Positions 1 through 11,925 of a DNA stretch of 64,000 nucleotides are shown in pieces. The stretch lies in NCBI RefSeq assembly GCF_009914755.1, contig NC_060930.1. The stretch is one strand, 5' to 3'. A model generated the notes under the pieces. That model worked only from the letters and a program-made list of their open reading frames with translations, was not told where the DNA came from and did not search any database. How positions within the stretch are numbered: position 1 is the stretch's first letter; each line of letters starts with the position of its first letter. The stretch comes from the human T2T-CHM13v2.0 reference genome, Homo sapiens. The position numbers were made by a program, and so were the translations under genes.

Positions 1-720
1 GTTAGGATGAGGCATAGAAGAGAAAGAAAGAGGTATAAACAACTCTAGAGATGGGTCAGCATCAACTGAAACGGGAAAGGCTGCTGGTTGGGGAGGGAAG
101 ATTGAGAGTTTGATTTTGGACACATTGAAGTTGACATGCTTATCAGACATCTGTGGGGTCTGTGGAGTGGATCGCTGAAGTTTGGGAGAGAGGTGTGGAC
201 TAGGGAGGGTCATTGGCATATAGATACTGTTTACAGCTGTGAGACTGGATGAGATCCCAAGGGGAAGGAGTGTCTATAGAGAGAGGGTGGAGGCCAAGAC
301 ATGGCTCTGGGAAACTCCAACACCTGAGGTCAGGGAGTAGAGGGGAGCCAGCAGTGAAGATGGGAAGGAAAAGACCAGTGAAGTGGGGGGGAAAGTGGAG
401 TGAGGTGTCCTGAAAGTCAAATGAAGAAAGAGAATCAAGGAGAAAGGAGTGATTGGCCATGTCTGGAGCTACTGATGAGTCAAGTAAGATGAGGACTGAG
501 AACTGGCTGTGAAACTTTATAGTGAGAGAAAGCGTAGTATGATTGTATGCTGATAATCTGGTTGAATGGGAAAACATAGTGATGTAGGAGACAGGGAGCA
601 ATGCCCTTGAGTAGACCTGAGGATATGGGCTGGACAGTGCAAATAGAGAGCTTTGCTTTAGCAGGAGATTGTACAATTTATCTGCAATAAAGGAAGGAAG
701 GCAGAATGCATGGGTACAGA
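1..720 (-). mobile_element. LINE L2 fragment (L2a-like)
   Basis: Motifs typical of antisense L2: 'gagtttgattttggacacattgaagttgacatgcttatcagacatc', 'gagactggatgagatc', 'gagtcaagtaagatgaggactgagaa'. Confidence 0.8.
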
Positions 721-2885
721 TGCTGGGAAATGGGTGGGTGAGGTGTGGGAGTGTAAGCATTCTCTTCTGGGTGCTATGATGTTCTCAGGGAAGTAGAGTC
801 GAGTTTCTTGAGAGTTAAGACATGATTGAGATTGTATTTTTGTTAAGGAAGCGTGACCAAGCCAGAAGAAGCAAGGAAGCTGAGGATATGTGCAAAGAAG
901 TGATTATACCGATTTACCATGGAATGTAAACTAAGCTTCAAGGGCATCACATGGGTGTGGGCCACAGACGGCCTGGATCGCTGGGTTGGAGGTACCAATG
1001 AGTCAGCAGTATTATTGCTCTGGGAGATCAGACAGGCTGAACAAGGAAGAGAAAGTGGGGACCAGAAATAAATGTTTTTGGTGCTATTCGAAACTGTATT
1101 TTCCTTAATAGAAGATTAATTCTTCAGGAATCAGACCTTCAGTGTATGTGAATTAAGATGATAAAAGGAAAGGAAGGGACTGTTGGATCAAATAAAAAAT
1201 TATTTATTCATCATTTACTTTATGCCCTGTTGTGTGCTTGCCTTTGGGGAAACTTTTAATTTAGTTAAATCTACATTTTCTAAGAATTTCTAGTGAAGTG
1301 CTAAACCAGAGTGTATTGACCATTAGAACTCCCAGTGTATAGAGAAGGTGCTGTGTTCCCACCATTCTTCAATGGGTGAGTGTTTCTTGGGGATGTGGTT
1401 GGTTCTCAAACTTCTGCAGCCACTTCCCTTTCTTGCCTTCCATCTCGTGTGCTTACATTGTACATACATATTCAAAACTCCAAAACATAGGAGTTCTAAC
1501 CCTGACACTTCTGAGTACATTTACCAAGACAATGAAATAACCTACTTAAAATTCAGTAGCATTCTGGGTATCTCAGGACACTTGGCCAATGTTCAGACAG
1601 TGATGTGATGACGTTCATTCCCGTTCTGTTCCTCACTGGCTCTCAGTGTAAATGGTGCCCCCTGGCATGGTTCTGTGCCTCTTTGGAGATTCCCACTGGG
1701 ATTTCTGAACTGTCCAGGTGCAGGCATCACAGGAGCCAGTGTCCCCAACACCAGTGAGTACACTACTCACTCCTTGTTTGCCCCCGTGTCACCAGTTCAC
1801 ACATCCTTGAACTACAGGTGAAAACTCTTGTCATCGTTTCCCATAAAGTTTTTTTTCAGGCTTTCTACAGAAACTCTCATATATTATTAATGGGAGACCA
1901 TGAAGCAAATGAGTGTGTCAATGTATTTAAGCTGACACTTGAATGAGAGGAGTTGGATGCTCAGGGAGACACATTAGTTTGCTCCCTCTGGGGCAGACCC
2001 TGCCTGAGAAAGCAAAGGATATTCGCTTGTGTTCATTTCCACCCCCACACATGTCCTCTGTTTCTTATCTGCGCCTGCCAGCCACAGAGGATTGATGGCC
2101 TTCAATTCACCCTCACCAGCACCTGTGATTAAATTATTTCTCTCCTCATTTTGCATGGATACTTTAAGCAGGGCAGGCAGATAGTCATTTCCCTCCCTCT
2201 TGGAAAGTGTTCCAAGGGGACGGAGGCCACTCAGAAAAACACCAGTAAATCCTATTGGCTTCAAATTTGGATTTGCATCCTGCCTTGGGGTGATGGGTTG
2301 GGCAGAGGCCTGGGAGAAGGAGGAAAGTGGAATGAAGAAAAAGGCTTGCATCCAAACTGGAAGTTGCAGTGTCTTGCAGTTCCTTTTATCCTTTCTTTCA
2401 GGTAAGATTTCACTTCTTTTTATGCAAACTCAGGCCAAGCCTGTGGTCAAATTCTGCCCCTCAAAGTGGGGGTGAGGATAGGGGGACATAGTGACAGTCT
2501 GAAACTCTGGCATTTCCTGATGTCATTCTTCATACTACGAAGGCTGGTTTCTCCTGCTTCCTTGGCTTTCCCGGAGTGCTTACTTCTTCTAACCAGTGAA
2601 AACTGAATCTCACAAGTAAGCCCCCAAATTTGGTATCTTGATTGGTGAGGTTCATTCCTGGGGTACTTATTGAGGCACCTGCTGAGGCCCCATTCCTGCC
2701 CAAGCATATTTTTTTGTGCAAAATAATAGTTACATTGACCCGGCCCTCCTTCCAACCTAGAGTAGAGTACATGTCTCATCTCTCCCCTTGGTGAAACTGC
2801 AGATCCTATTTCTGAGTCTTCTTTGAAGACAAATTCTTCATATGCTATCTTATTCATTACAAAAGCTGTTCACCTTATCTACTGA

Positions 2886-2907
2886 ATATATATATATATA
2901 CATATAT
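2886..2907. repeat. (AT)n microsatellite
   Basis: atatatatatatatacatatat. Confidence 0.85.
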
Positions 2908-3212
2908 GAGCCTGTATTATGACTTCTTTAAGTAGAGGGGCTGATGTTGTCTGCTAATTGATCTTTTGGCCTACTCATGAGCTTTTGGAAACTGAATCAA
3001 AAATATTTGTTGATGATACCACAAAGACCCTATGAAACGGCTTTAACTGTAACTTCCTGTAAGAGATTTGCTGAAAACTTGCTTATGACTTCAGGGTGAT
3101 TTTTACTTATTAGGTGTCTACTCTATTGGCCCCATGTATAGGATGAGGAGAGAGTACTGAAACGATCAGATGCCAGTCAGGCTCCGGAGCATGTCCCTCC
3201 CAGCATGAGTTC

Positions 3213-3670
3213 TATGTCCACTAAAGAGATGGACCAGAGTGCCCATAGCAGCCTTGTTCTTAACAGCACAATCTGGAAACAACTCACGTGTCTGCGTACA
3301 GAACCGTGGACACGTAAATTATGGTAGATTCATTCAACACAGAGCAGTGGAAGGGAGCAGATTACTGTTACCTGCAATACGATGACAAAAGGTCAAGTGA
3401 CAGCAGACAGCTCCAAAGAGTACAGACTCCATGGCTCCGTTTCTATGAAGTTCAAAACTGGGCAAAACTAATTCCTGGCGATGGAGGTCAGAATAGTGTC
3501 AACTGGGAGGGGTCATGGGGCAGGGGTCTCGGGTTCTAGAAACTTGTATGTCTTCATCTAGCTGGGATCACCCAGGTGGATGCGTGTCTAAAAATCAGTT
3601 GAGTTGCTTACTTAAGATGTGTGCGTTTTGTCAGATGTAAGTGATACCAAAGTTCAATGCTTAAAAGAAA
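3213..3670 (+). mobile_element. Old L1 (L1ME/L1MD-type) 3' end
   Basis: 'catagcagccttgtt...ctggaaacaactc', 'tatgaagttcaaaactgggcaaaactaat', 'cttaagatgtgtgcgtttt' resemble L1M 3'UTR; A-rich end. Confidence 0.7.
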
Positions 3671-3919
3671 AAGATGAGTCACAGAGTCCCTGGCTTGGAG
3701 GAGCTCATGGTCTGGTAAGAAAGAAAAATGCAAAGGGAATCATTTCCCTGGAATGTACTAAGCGTGGTCATGGAGGCATGCACAACGAGGAGACACAGAG
3801 ACAAGTATGGGGCTCAGGGAAGGAGGAGGAGAGAGAGAGAAACACACAGAACTCTTGGAGAGAGGCAGGACGCTTCAGGAAAGGGACAGCTCAGTGTGTC
3901 TGGTGTGGTCCATGCCACT

Positions 3920-4490
3920 GTCACACCAATGAAGCTGCTCTGCAGAAGGCCACTAAATCCCAGGGATCCTTCCCAGCTTTTCTTCTCTTTGATCTCCATG
4001 GCATTTGGTTTTTTCAATGGCTTTTATTTTTGGAAACACTCTCTTGCTTAGCCTCAGTGACATTTCCCATTGGTTTTTTTTTCCTTCTCATTCTTGACCA
4101 TTTCTTTTTGTTTTCCTTCCTGGTTCCCACTCCCAGTCCTGCCCTTTAAAGGCTGCTGTCCCACAAGGGCTGGCTGTGTCGTCTTCCTCTCTCATCTTGT
4201 CTCTGGGCAGCCTCATCCATCTGTGTCCATGGTTTTAACTAACCCTACCTCTCCTTCTACCTTCCCCCAACCCCACTGCCCAAATGTTGTTGACTACAAA
4301 TTTGGTATCTCCGACCCATATGTCTGTCCACCATTACTTTAAGAATTGCGTTTTACATCCTGAGTGGACATGACTACTCAGATGTCCTGCAGATAGCCCA
4401 AAATTTCATATTTCTAAAAGTGGGCTTTTCATCTCCCCTGCTCCCCAAATGTTCCTCTTCTTGTTCTCCCTCATCCTGCAAACTGTCTTG
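3920..4490 (+). mobile_element. LINE L2 fragment
   Basis: 'ctaaatcccagggatccttcccagcttttcttctctttgatctcc', 'tttttggaaacactctcttgcttagcctcagtgaca' resemble the L2 ORF2 region. Confidence 0.6.
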
Positions 4491-4789
4491 AGAGCTGTCT
4501 TTTGTCCCAGGCTCAGCTGGGTGGTCTGCCTCTGCTCTTCGGCCCTACCTTCTGTGCACCCCATCATGGCACAATTCATGCTCAATTCAAAGCAGGGAGC
4601 AAAATGGAGGCAGCCACTGTTGTGTGTCTCCACTGCTAAATGAGGCTCTCCCGAGTGCAAGGCTGCAGGGGGGCTTTGGGAGAACTCTTGGTGGAATGCG
4701 ATTAGGCTTACATTCTTTACTGGCAATTGCCTCAGAGTTTTCCTGTTTTTTCCCATAGCCCTATGTGGACACTGGAATTATGAACCTGG

Positions 4790-5265
4790 TATTTGATGCA
4801 GTGACAGAAATGTAACTGTTGACTTAGGCAGAATGGGAACCTACTGAACAGTGTTGGATTCAATCTGGGGCACAATTGAATCCCAGGCCTTCCAGGATGC
4901 GGTCATTCGGATTTGGTCTCTCCCTTTCCCGCTGCCCTCTGTATCTCAGCTTTCCTACCTGGTGGCTTTGCTCTCAGGGGGAAACTGAAAGCTCAGGACT
5001 TACTTGACCTTTATGGCTGGCAGTTCCAGCAGAAAGAGGAAGCTTCTCTTCATGACAGCGTCTCTGCACCCAGCTGGGATCATGGTCGCCCCGCTGAGCC
5101 AATCACCAAGGCAAGGCAGGTGGAATGCCCCTGCACCCCGCCAGGAGCTTGGTGTCCAGCCAACCCTCCAAAAGCCTGAGTCTAGGGTACAGTCAGGCCC
5201 ACAGGAAACCTGAGGGGCTGTTAGCAGAAGAGGGAACTTATGCTGGCCAAGCAAAACAGCACTTG
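4790..5265 (-). mobile_element. MaLR solo LTR (MLT1K-like)
   Basis: 'tgcagtgacagaaa', 'ctcagctttcct', 'gagccaatcacc', 'atgctggccaagcaaaacagc' are typical of old MLT1 LTRs. Confidence 0.6.
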
Positions 5266-5869
5266 TGCATCAGAGGCCCTCTTTGAGGAGGCGTGGGAGA
5301 CACGGCTGTCTGGGCAGGGTTCGAAGCTGGCGACACCATGCTCCAGGCCCAGCCTGAGCCCCTCGCTTGTGGCTTAGCCTTAGGCTCACTCCACCTGTCA
5401 GCCCCACACTTCCTACTCAACGGGTCATTGTCAGGTGAACAGGACTCAATGAAAAGGAGCCTTTTAACCTGTATTTTCAATTTGCCCTCTGTCTTTACCT
5501 GCCATGGCCTGTGCTGTGTCATGGGAATGAGGAAGGACGGTGCAGCAGCCGGTGCTGGCTGGTCTGTGTGAATCACCTGCAAGTCATGCAGAACGATGTC
5601 ATGGTGGGGTCAGGCTTCCAGCATCCGCAGCTCACACACCTTTCTATTCCACACAGGACCTGGCACTGGGCTCGGGGCCGCCCCTGCCCCTGGTCCTTCA
5701 GTGTTGCTCAAACTAGAAACAGAAGCCATGCTGGAAGACAGAGCTGCTGACCTAAGCCCAAAGCCCAGGTAAGGTGCAGACAACAGGCAGGCACTGGAGT
5801 GGCAAGGACCATCACGTGGTTCCTGGGTCCATGCGTGTTCTGCCCGGGCGACAGCTGGCACTCTGAAAC

Positions 5870-6000
5870 ACCACTCACAGCTCCAGTCCTGGCCCTGCCG
5901 CCACGTTAGCTTGTGCTCTCATGCAGTCACTGACCCTCCCCAGACCTCCGTGTTTTTATCAGGAGAATGAGAAGCTGGATGTCATCGCTCCTTTGCAATG
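5870..6000 (+). mobile_element. MIR fragment
   Basis: 'cagtcctggccctgcc...gtcactgaccctcc...gtgtttttatcaggagaatgag' resembles a degenerate MIR core. Confidence 0.45.
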
Positions 6001-7879
6001 ATTCTGAGGTACTGCATTTAGGGAGAAAACCCCACCACACACATGCTCAATACAAACCCTATTTCTGGGGGTAGATTTGATTTAAAACGTCACCATAAAC
6101 CGTTTAAAGCATCCAGTAATTTACTAATAATGCGTTTCCTGATGAGGGGAGGGAAGGCCGCGGTTTCAATCTCTCCTACTGATTCAGTGTGTGCTGTTCC
6201 CTAAAATAAAAATCAGCTTCATCGAAAGCTGCTGAAAGTTTTATGTCGCCTTAGCGCACACCACACCTAAACTCAGCAGGACACTGTTTCCTTGTTAGAG
6301 GATACATAGCAGAGAGTTCCAAATAATAGCTCAGCTGTCCAATGTCTACTTAATGGATTAGCAAAGGTAACAAATGATATCTTATTCCTGGCTCCTTCTG
6401 CTGAAATGCGATACTTCCAAAGGCTGGAAACCGTTCCCACTTGGTGACCTTCCTCCTTTCAAAGAATGAACATATTTGCTTCTCTCAACCTAGGCCTTTT
6501 CCCCTCACCACAGAATAACCCAAAACATCTGGAGATACTGTGGGGTCTCTCTCAAGAAGATTACACGTTCTTTTCAGCTTTTACTTTTCTGGGAGATGAA
6601 TCTTGACAACTGGAAATTAGCAGCTGGAGTTATGGCAACAAGGAGGGCCCACCTCACGGTCCCGGGGGACGTCTCCGTCCTTCTCTTCAACATCGTCTCT
6701 GCCGTTCCCTGCTTACTCTCCCTCCTTCCTTCTTCTTTATTTCTTTCCTCAAGATACTTCACTGACCCTTGAGACTCTAAGACACAGAGAAGCTTCCTCC
6801 TCCTCCTTCCCGTTTCTAGCAGGGAAAGAGGCCCCTGGAATAGGAATTGGGCATTCCTGGCTCCCAACACGTTTCCTCTGGGCCTGGCCTGAGGCCAGGG
6901 CTGCTGCTTAACGGGGCAGGTTCTACCTCATCTCAAAATACCCCTGAAGGCCATCTAGCTCTGGCCTCTGTGTAGGTGTCAGTAACAGCTGGAGAGCTTG
7001 AAGGCAGGTGGAACATGTTCCTCTGTCCCTTCTGTCATTAGGGGTTTTACAGAGCTGGTCCGCGCCATCGCTAATCACTCATTCATTCCTTTCACAGTAA
7101 TCTTCAAGCAAGGGACCTGTTTGAGTGTCTGCTCCATGACAGGCGGGGGACTCTTTGCCCATGGAAGCTCTAGGGCCATTTTCCAGCTGAGGTTTTAAAA
7201 AAAAAGGGAAGATGTGGGTCAGAGGACACCCACAGAGGACAGGTGCGTTCCTTCTCAGGCTGCCGCAAACGTCCTGATGTCTCTCCTCTTCAGTTCCCAG
7301 TTGAGAGCTGTCAGCTAGGTTCTTCGAGGCCAACTTTTGCTAATGTTTGGTTAGAGAAAAAAAGAGGAATAAACCCCCCTCTGAGTGCCGATGATTACAA
7401 GGATGCCCATTGGTATGTCAAGCTGGGGCTCAGAACAGAAAAGTCAACGCATCATAGGATGTTGTAAGGATGGATGATTTCAGGAAAAGACGTATTTTCC
7501 CTTGGGATGTGAACAAGTGTGCGTGTGTGGCGGGGAATTGGTAGAAAATCGGGTGATGGGGACTTAAGGAGAGTGTGGGAAGACACTAATGGTTGAAGTG
7601 CAGGAGGGTCTAAAGAGCCAGCCTTGTCTGCCTTGGCTGATTTTGGTACAGGTGGAATGTGAAATATGAACTATTTACACATCTCCTATTTCCATGGACT
7701 AAGAAAAACAGAGAAAGCTGGGCACAGAGCTATAACTGAGCTCCCTTCTTCTGAACTCCAAACCACTTCTTTAAAATGGACCGTTAGATCTTGGAGGAAG
7801 CCGTTTTCCACTAGGCCTAGTGGTGCTGGAGCAGAGCGTGTGCCACCAGCTGAGAAAACAAACCCGAGAAGGAGAAAGT

Positions 7880-8290
7880 ATACTCAGGTTAACAGGCCCC
7901 GGGCAAAAAGTCTCCATTCCCTGCCTCCCCGCCCGGCTTGCCCTCCCCTGGGGCTGGAACCGTGGGCTTTGGCAGGAGAGGTCTCAGGTAGGGGCTGAGG
8001 ATTGGCTGGCCCAGCCGCATAGAACAGAAAGAGATTTACAGTCTATTACTTCTGACTTTTATTAAATGAAAACCAGAGGTATAAAAATAAGGCAGCAAAT
8101 AACACCATAACAGGAAATAAAAGGGGCGAAAAGGGGGCAAGTCCGCACCTTGAGGATGGCGTGCCCATTGCGATGCGGGTGTTCACAGCCACGCCTCTCA
8201 CCAGCCACGCTACACGGAGAGGAAGTCACCGCGGACGAAGGCGGTGGGGCAGGACTGTCTGCATCAGGGGCTCGCGGGTCTAGAGCTCAC
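7880..8290. promoter_or_regulatory. Candidate CpG-enriched enhancer/promoter
   Basis: Unique sequence with roughly 19 CpGs by eye in about 400 bp, TATAAAAA at 8080, ETS cores ACAGGAAAT (~8110) and GAGGAAGT (8218). Motif-level evidence only. Confidence 0.35.
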
Positions 8291-9299
8291 TGAGAAAGGT
8301 TTAAGCTTTGGTGAAATCTTAACTATGCCTTTTCAAGATTTTTCCTCTTTTGCTTGGAAATCTTTGTTTTATTCTAAGTGACATCTCACATATTTGTTTC
8401 CAGTTTGTTTTATACCTCCCTGAAACTAGTTAAGTTAAAAGCCACCTGATGCTGGAAAACCCTTTATGGACTGTGTATGTGGATGTGCCTGTGTATGTGT
8501 GTGAAAGAGAAAATAGTCATACTTTTTAAGTAGCCAGCAATTGGAGCTAAGGATGACATTCTGAACCTTCGTCTGTAGTTTCCGAGTGGGGTTTGTTCTT
8601 TGGAGGCAATTCATGAACCTCCTAGGCACACAGCTCTCATTTGATTGGCAATTCCCAGCACTAAAGAGCAAATCCTGCTTTGGGAACCTCACGTATTTCT
8701 TTTCCTTTTTCCAGACCCGTACCTGGGCTCTGATTCATCAGCTAAATTCAGGTGGAAGATATCAGATGCTTATAAAAATATTCTAAAGTCATGCCTAAAC
8801 TTTAAGGGGGAAAGGTCTAGATGTTTCATTAAACATTTATCACTTTTTTGGAGGCAAAGAAACTTTATTTTCCTCTCTTGGGGAATTACCCAGAAGCCAT
8901 AAAATGCTGTTTTATAACTGAATATCCCAGTTTACATCTCATGGAACGAAGCAAAATAAATACAAACTTTAAAAATATGGTCACAGCCCATATATTTTAA
9001 AAAACATTGTCACCACGGACCAACGCAGCTCAAATGTTTCTTTCATGTTTAACCCTATGGGGTGGGTAGATTTCCCCCCAATATCAGTCATGTTTCCCTA
9101 TGAACTGTCTGATTTCTGCTGTAGTATTAATAAAAAGGAGTGGTAATGGAATCTTATGTCTTATTTACAAAGTAAAATGTTACCAAAATCTGAGAATAAT
9201 TCCTAGGGATGAATTTCTTTTCTCCTTTCCCCACTGGGCCCTTCAAATTTTTCTTCAGTGGCTTTACTTTTGCTTTTCTTTAAGTTTTACTTTCCCTTG

Positions 9300-9500
9300 G
9301 AGTTTATATGAAGGAAATGGAATGAGGTCTGGGATTTGCTTCAGAACCGCCCAGTGGGGCGAGCTAGTAGGGGATGCAGGTAAGGGTCTAGGTGAGACCG
9401 GCTTGGGTGTGAGCTAACTGTTATTGAAGCTACGTGTTGGGCACAGGGAGGTTTATTAGATTACTCTGTTTTGCCATATGTTTGAAAATTTCCATTAAAA
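9300..9500 (+). mobile_element. L1MC/L1MD 3' terminal fragment
   Basis: 'gtctgggatttgcttca', 'aactgttattgaagct', 'tatgtttgaaaatttccattaaaa' resemble an L1M terminal motif set. Confidence 0.7.
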
Positions 9501-10379
9501 TGTCTTCCTCAATTCTCTCCAGATTCACTTTTCTCTTTTACTGGACTCTGGTTTGTTGATCCATAATTCTCTCCTGCAGACTCCACGTTTTTTTTCTGGA
9601 AAGAGCACCATTTTGCCCAGTTCATGACCTCTGGCAGTGGGATTCCTGGAGCTCTTTGTGAAGCTATCTCAACACTAGAAGACAATGCTTGCCACGCAGT
9701 GTGGCTGGGCGCTGCCATCCAGCTTCTGTCAGGGTGCGTGTAAGACATAGGTCCACCAGGGCACAGGCTAGCATGAATGAGGTGGGCCCTGTAGCACCAA
9801 AAGCTTCCTCCTTTCGGCTCCATTTTTGCCTCCTCTTCCCTCCCTTCCCCTTCTCTTTGTCTCCCTTCAATATTTCTTCATCTTATTCCTTCTCTTTCCT
9901 TCTTTTCTCTCAGTACCAAAGTCACCTCTCTTTCCTATCTCTGGTGTGGGAAAGCTGTTCTATAACAATTTCTCCAATTCAAATTCCTCTGGAGTAGCGG
10001 GCCAGAGCTCTTAGCCACTGTAGGGTATCCATCCGCTTTGCTTTACGTAACACAGAACACATCCAAACAGGTGTCTAGACTTAGCCCTTGTTTGACGTGG
10101 GCAAAGAAATGCCAAGAGAAATAGCTTGAACTCTGTCTATAGTTGAGGATTACTTATGTTCAGGCAAAGCAAATGGGATGTGTCGGGGGAGGATATTACC
10201 AGCTGAAGTGAGAAGGCAGAGATGGACCTGAACTTCTGAAAGTCTTTCTGCTCTGCCAGGCTCCCCAGAACTTAATAAAACCTGCCTCTGTTATCACTAC
10301 ATGAAGCTAAAGTGGATAACCAATAAAATAGATAAGAGTATCAGAATTCTACATTGCTTCAATAGGCAAGAATGACAAA

Positions 10380-10900
10380 CTAGAGCCGATAAGGTAAAAT
10401 GAAATATTAATAATACTAAATTCCTGCATCCAGGTGAAAATGACCAATTGCAGTAATGTGACAAAGACCTAACATTATTCATATGCAAAAGACCTGGGGC
10501 TTCCAAAAGTTTAGCCTGAGCCAATAATGAAATGCAATTACTGAAAATGCAAATGTACTTTCAACTGAGTTAGTAGATTTGCAGTATACAGATCAGAGGA
10601 GGTAAGAGTTTCATATTATGGGCACCACACTTTAAGAAAAATAATGTATTTGGGAAATCCAGAGGCAAGTGAGTGAGATGAAGAGGAGTCTGGAAACGAT
10701 AAACTATAAGGGATCATTGAAGAAACCAGGGCTACCTCTCCTGAAAAGAAATAAAGAATAGACAGTGCCTTCTCTTGGAGGGCAGAAAGAACGCAGGCTG
10801 ACAGAAGCTGCAGGGAGCTCCTGATGGCACAGAGCAAGCTCTCCTCCTCTCCTCCCCATCTCTCCAGTGGTATGTAGCTGCAGGGCCAGGACGAAGGCAC
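10380..10900 (+). mobile_element. L3/CR1 LINE 3' fragment
   Basis: 'aaaagacctggggc', 'tgggcaccacactttaagaaaa', 'tccagaggcaag...gagtctggaaac', 'cctgaaaagaaa' resemble the L3 RT C-terminal region. Confidence 0.65.
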
Positions 10901-11049
10901 GGAGAAGCTACTGGAGGACTCAGAAGAGCAAGTTGTGGAAGGTTGACTGGAGAAGGAGGCCACAACTCCAAGTACTGCTGAGCTGGCAGTGAGTCTACCA
11001 GGTTTTTCCTCCAGTTCTCTTCACCGCTGGGTCCAGGATGTGGGTGCAG

Positions 11050-11790
11050 CTGCAGAGGGGCTCAGCACAGGGGGTAACTAAAGTTCCAGCTTTCCAGGTG
11101 GAGGATCAAAAAGGGGAGGGCCGGGGAACTAGCAAGGACTCACAAGAGCACAGAGGGCAAGGAGTTTGGGAAAGCAACCCTTCAAGGTGGTTATGAAATC
11201 CTGGCTCCCCGTGAGCTGCACACGAATGAATGTGATTCTAATCAGCACACAAAGGACTTTGAGAACTGAAGTAACAGACAGACCACCGTCTAGGGTCCAG
11301 GCAGTCACTGAGTAGCACATTTGTGGACAGATGTAAACAACACTGCAAAGGCCCTGAAAATTGAACTGACCTTGAAACCACAGACCAAAGATGGCGGGTT
11401 GGAACTTAAGCCTGAACCTACCTGGATTTTATTGTCTGCTAAGACAAAAATACCAACATTTCCCATAGGATTTAAACAAGACCCCATTCATAACATAATA
11501 GTCGAACTGTCTAGGACACAACCCAAAATTACTTGGCATGGGAAGAATTAGACAAATCTCAACTCAGATGGCAAAAAGCAATCAACAGACACTATTAAGA
11601 TGACACAGACTTTGGAATTAAATGACAAAGATATTAGAGGCACTATTATTAATATTAAAATGTTCTAAAAAGCAATTGTGGACACTCTTAAAATAGATGG
11701 AAAGATAACTTTAGTTACCCCACTCTGCCGAACTAAAAAATAAAATAACTGGAATTTAAAAACAAACTCACTGGGTGAGCTTATTTTCCT
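11050..11790 (+). mobile_element. Old L1 (L1M4/L1ME) 5'/ORF1-region fragment
   Basis: 'ctaggacacaacccaaaattacttggcatgggaagaa', 'gcaatcaacagacact...agatgacacagactttggaatta...gacaaaga'. Confidence 0.6.
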
Positions 11791-11794
11791 TTGT

Positions 11795-11925
11795 TTTTAA
11801 TGTATTTAACTGTAATTTTATAACTGATTTTTTAACAATTACATTTTTAACACCTGTTTGCCAATTCCTAAAAATTTAAAAACAGCTCTCATGAACTGGT
11901 ACAAGCTAGTTTTATAACACAACTG
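11795..11925 (+). mobile_element. MER63-like hAT-Blackjack fragment
   Basis: 'ttcctaaaaatttaaaaacagctctcatgaactggtacaagctagtt...acacaactg' resembles the MER63 terminus. Confidence 0.5.

Noticed and set aside
200-760. 186-aa ORF on minus strand
   Set aside because: Lies in a decayed L2; residual L2-derived sequence, not a gene.
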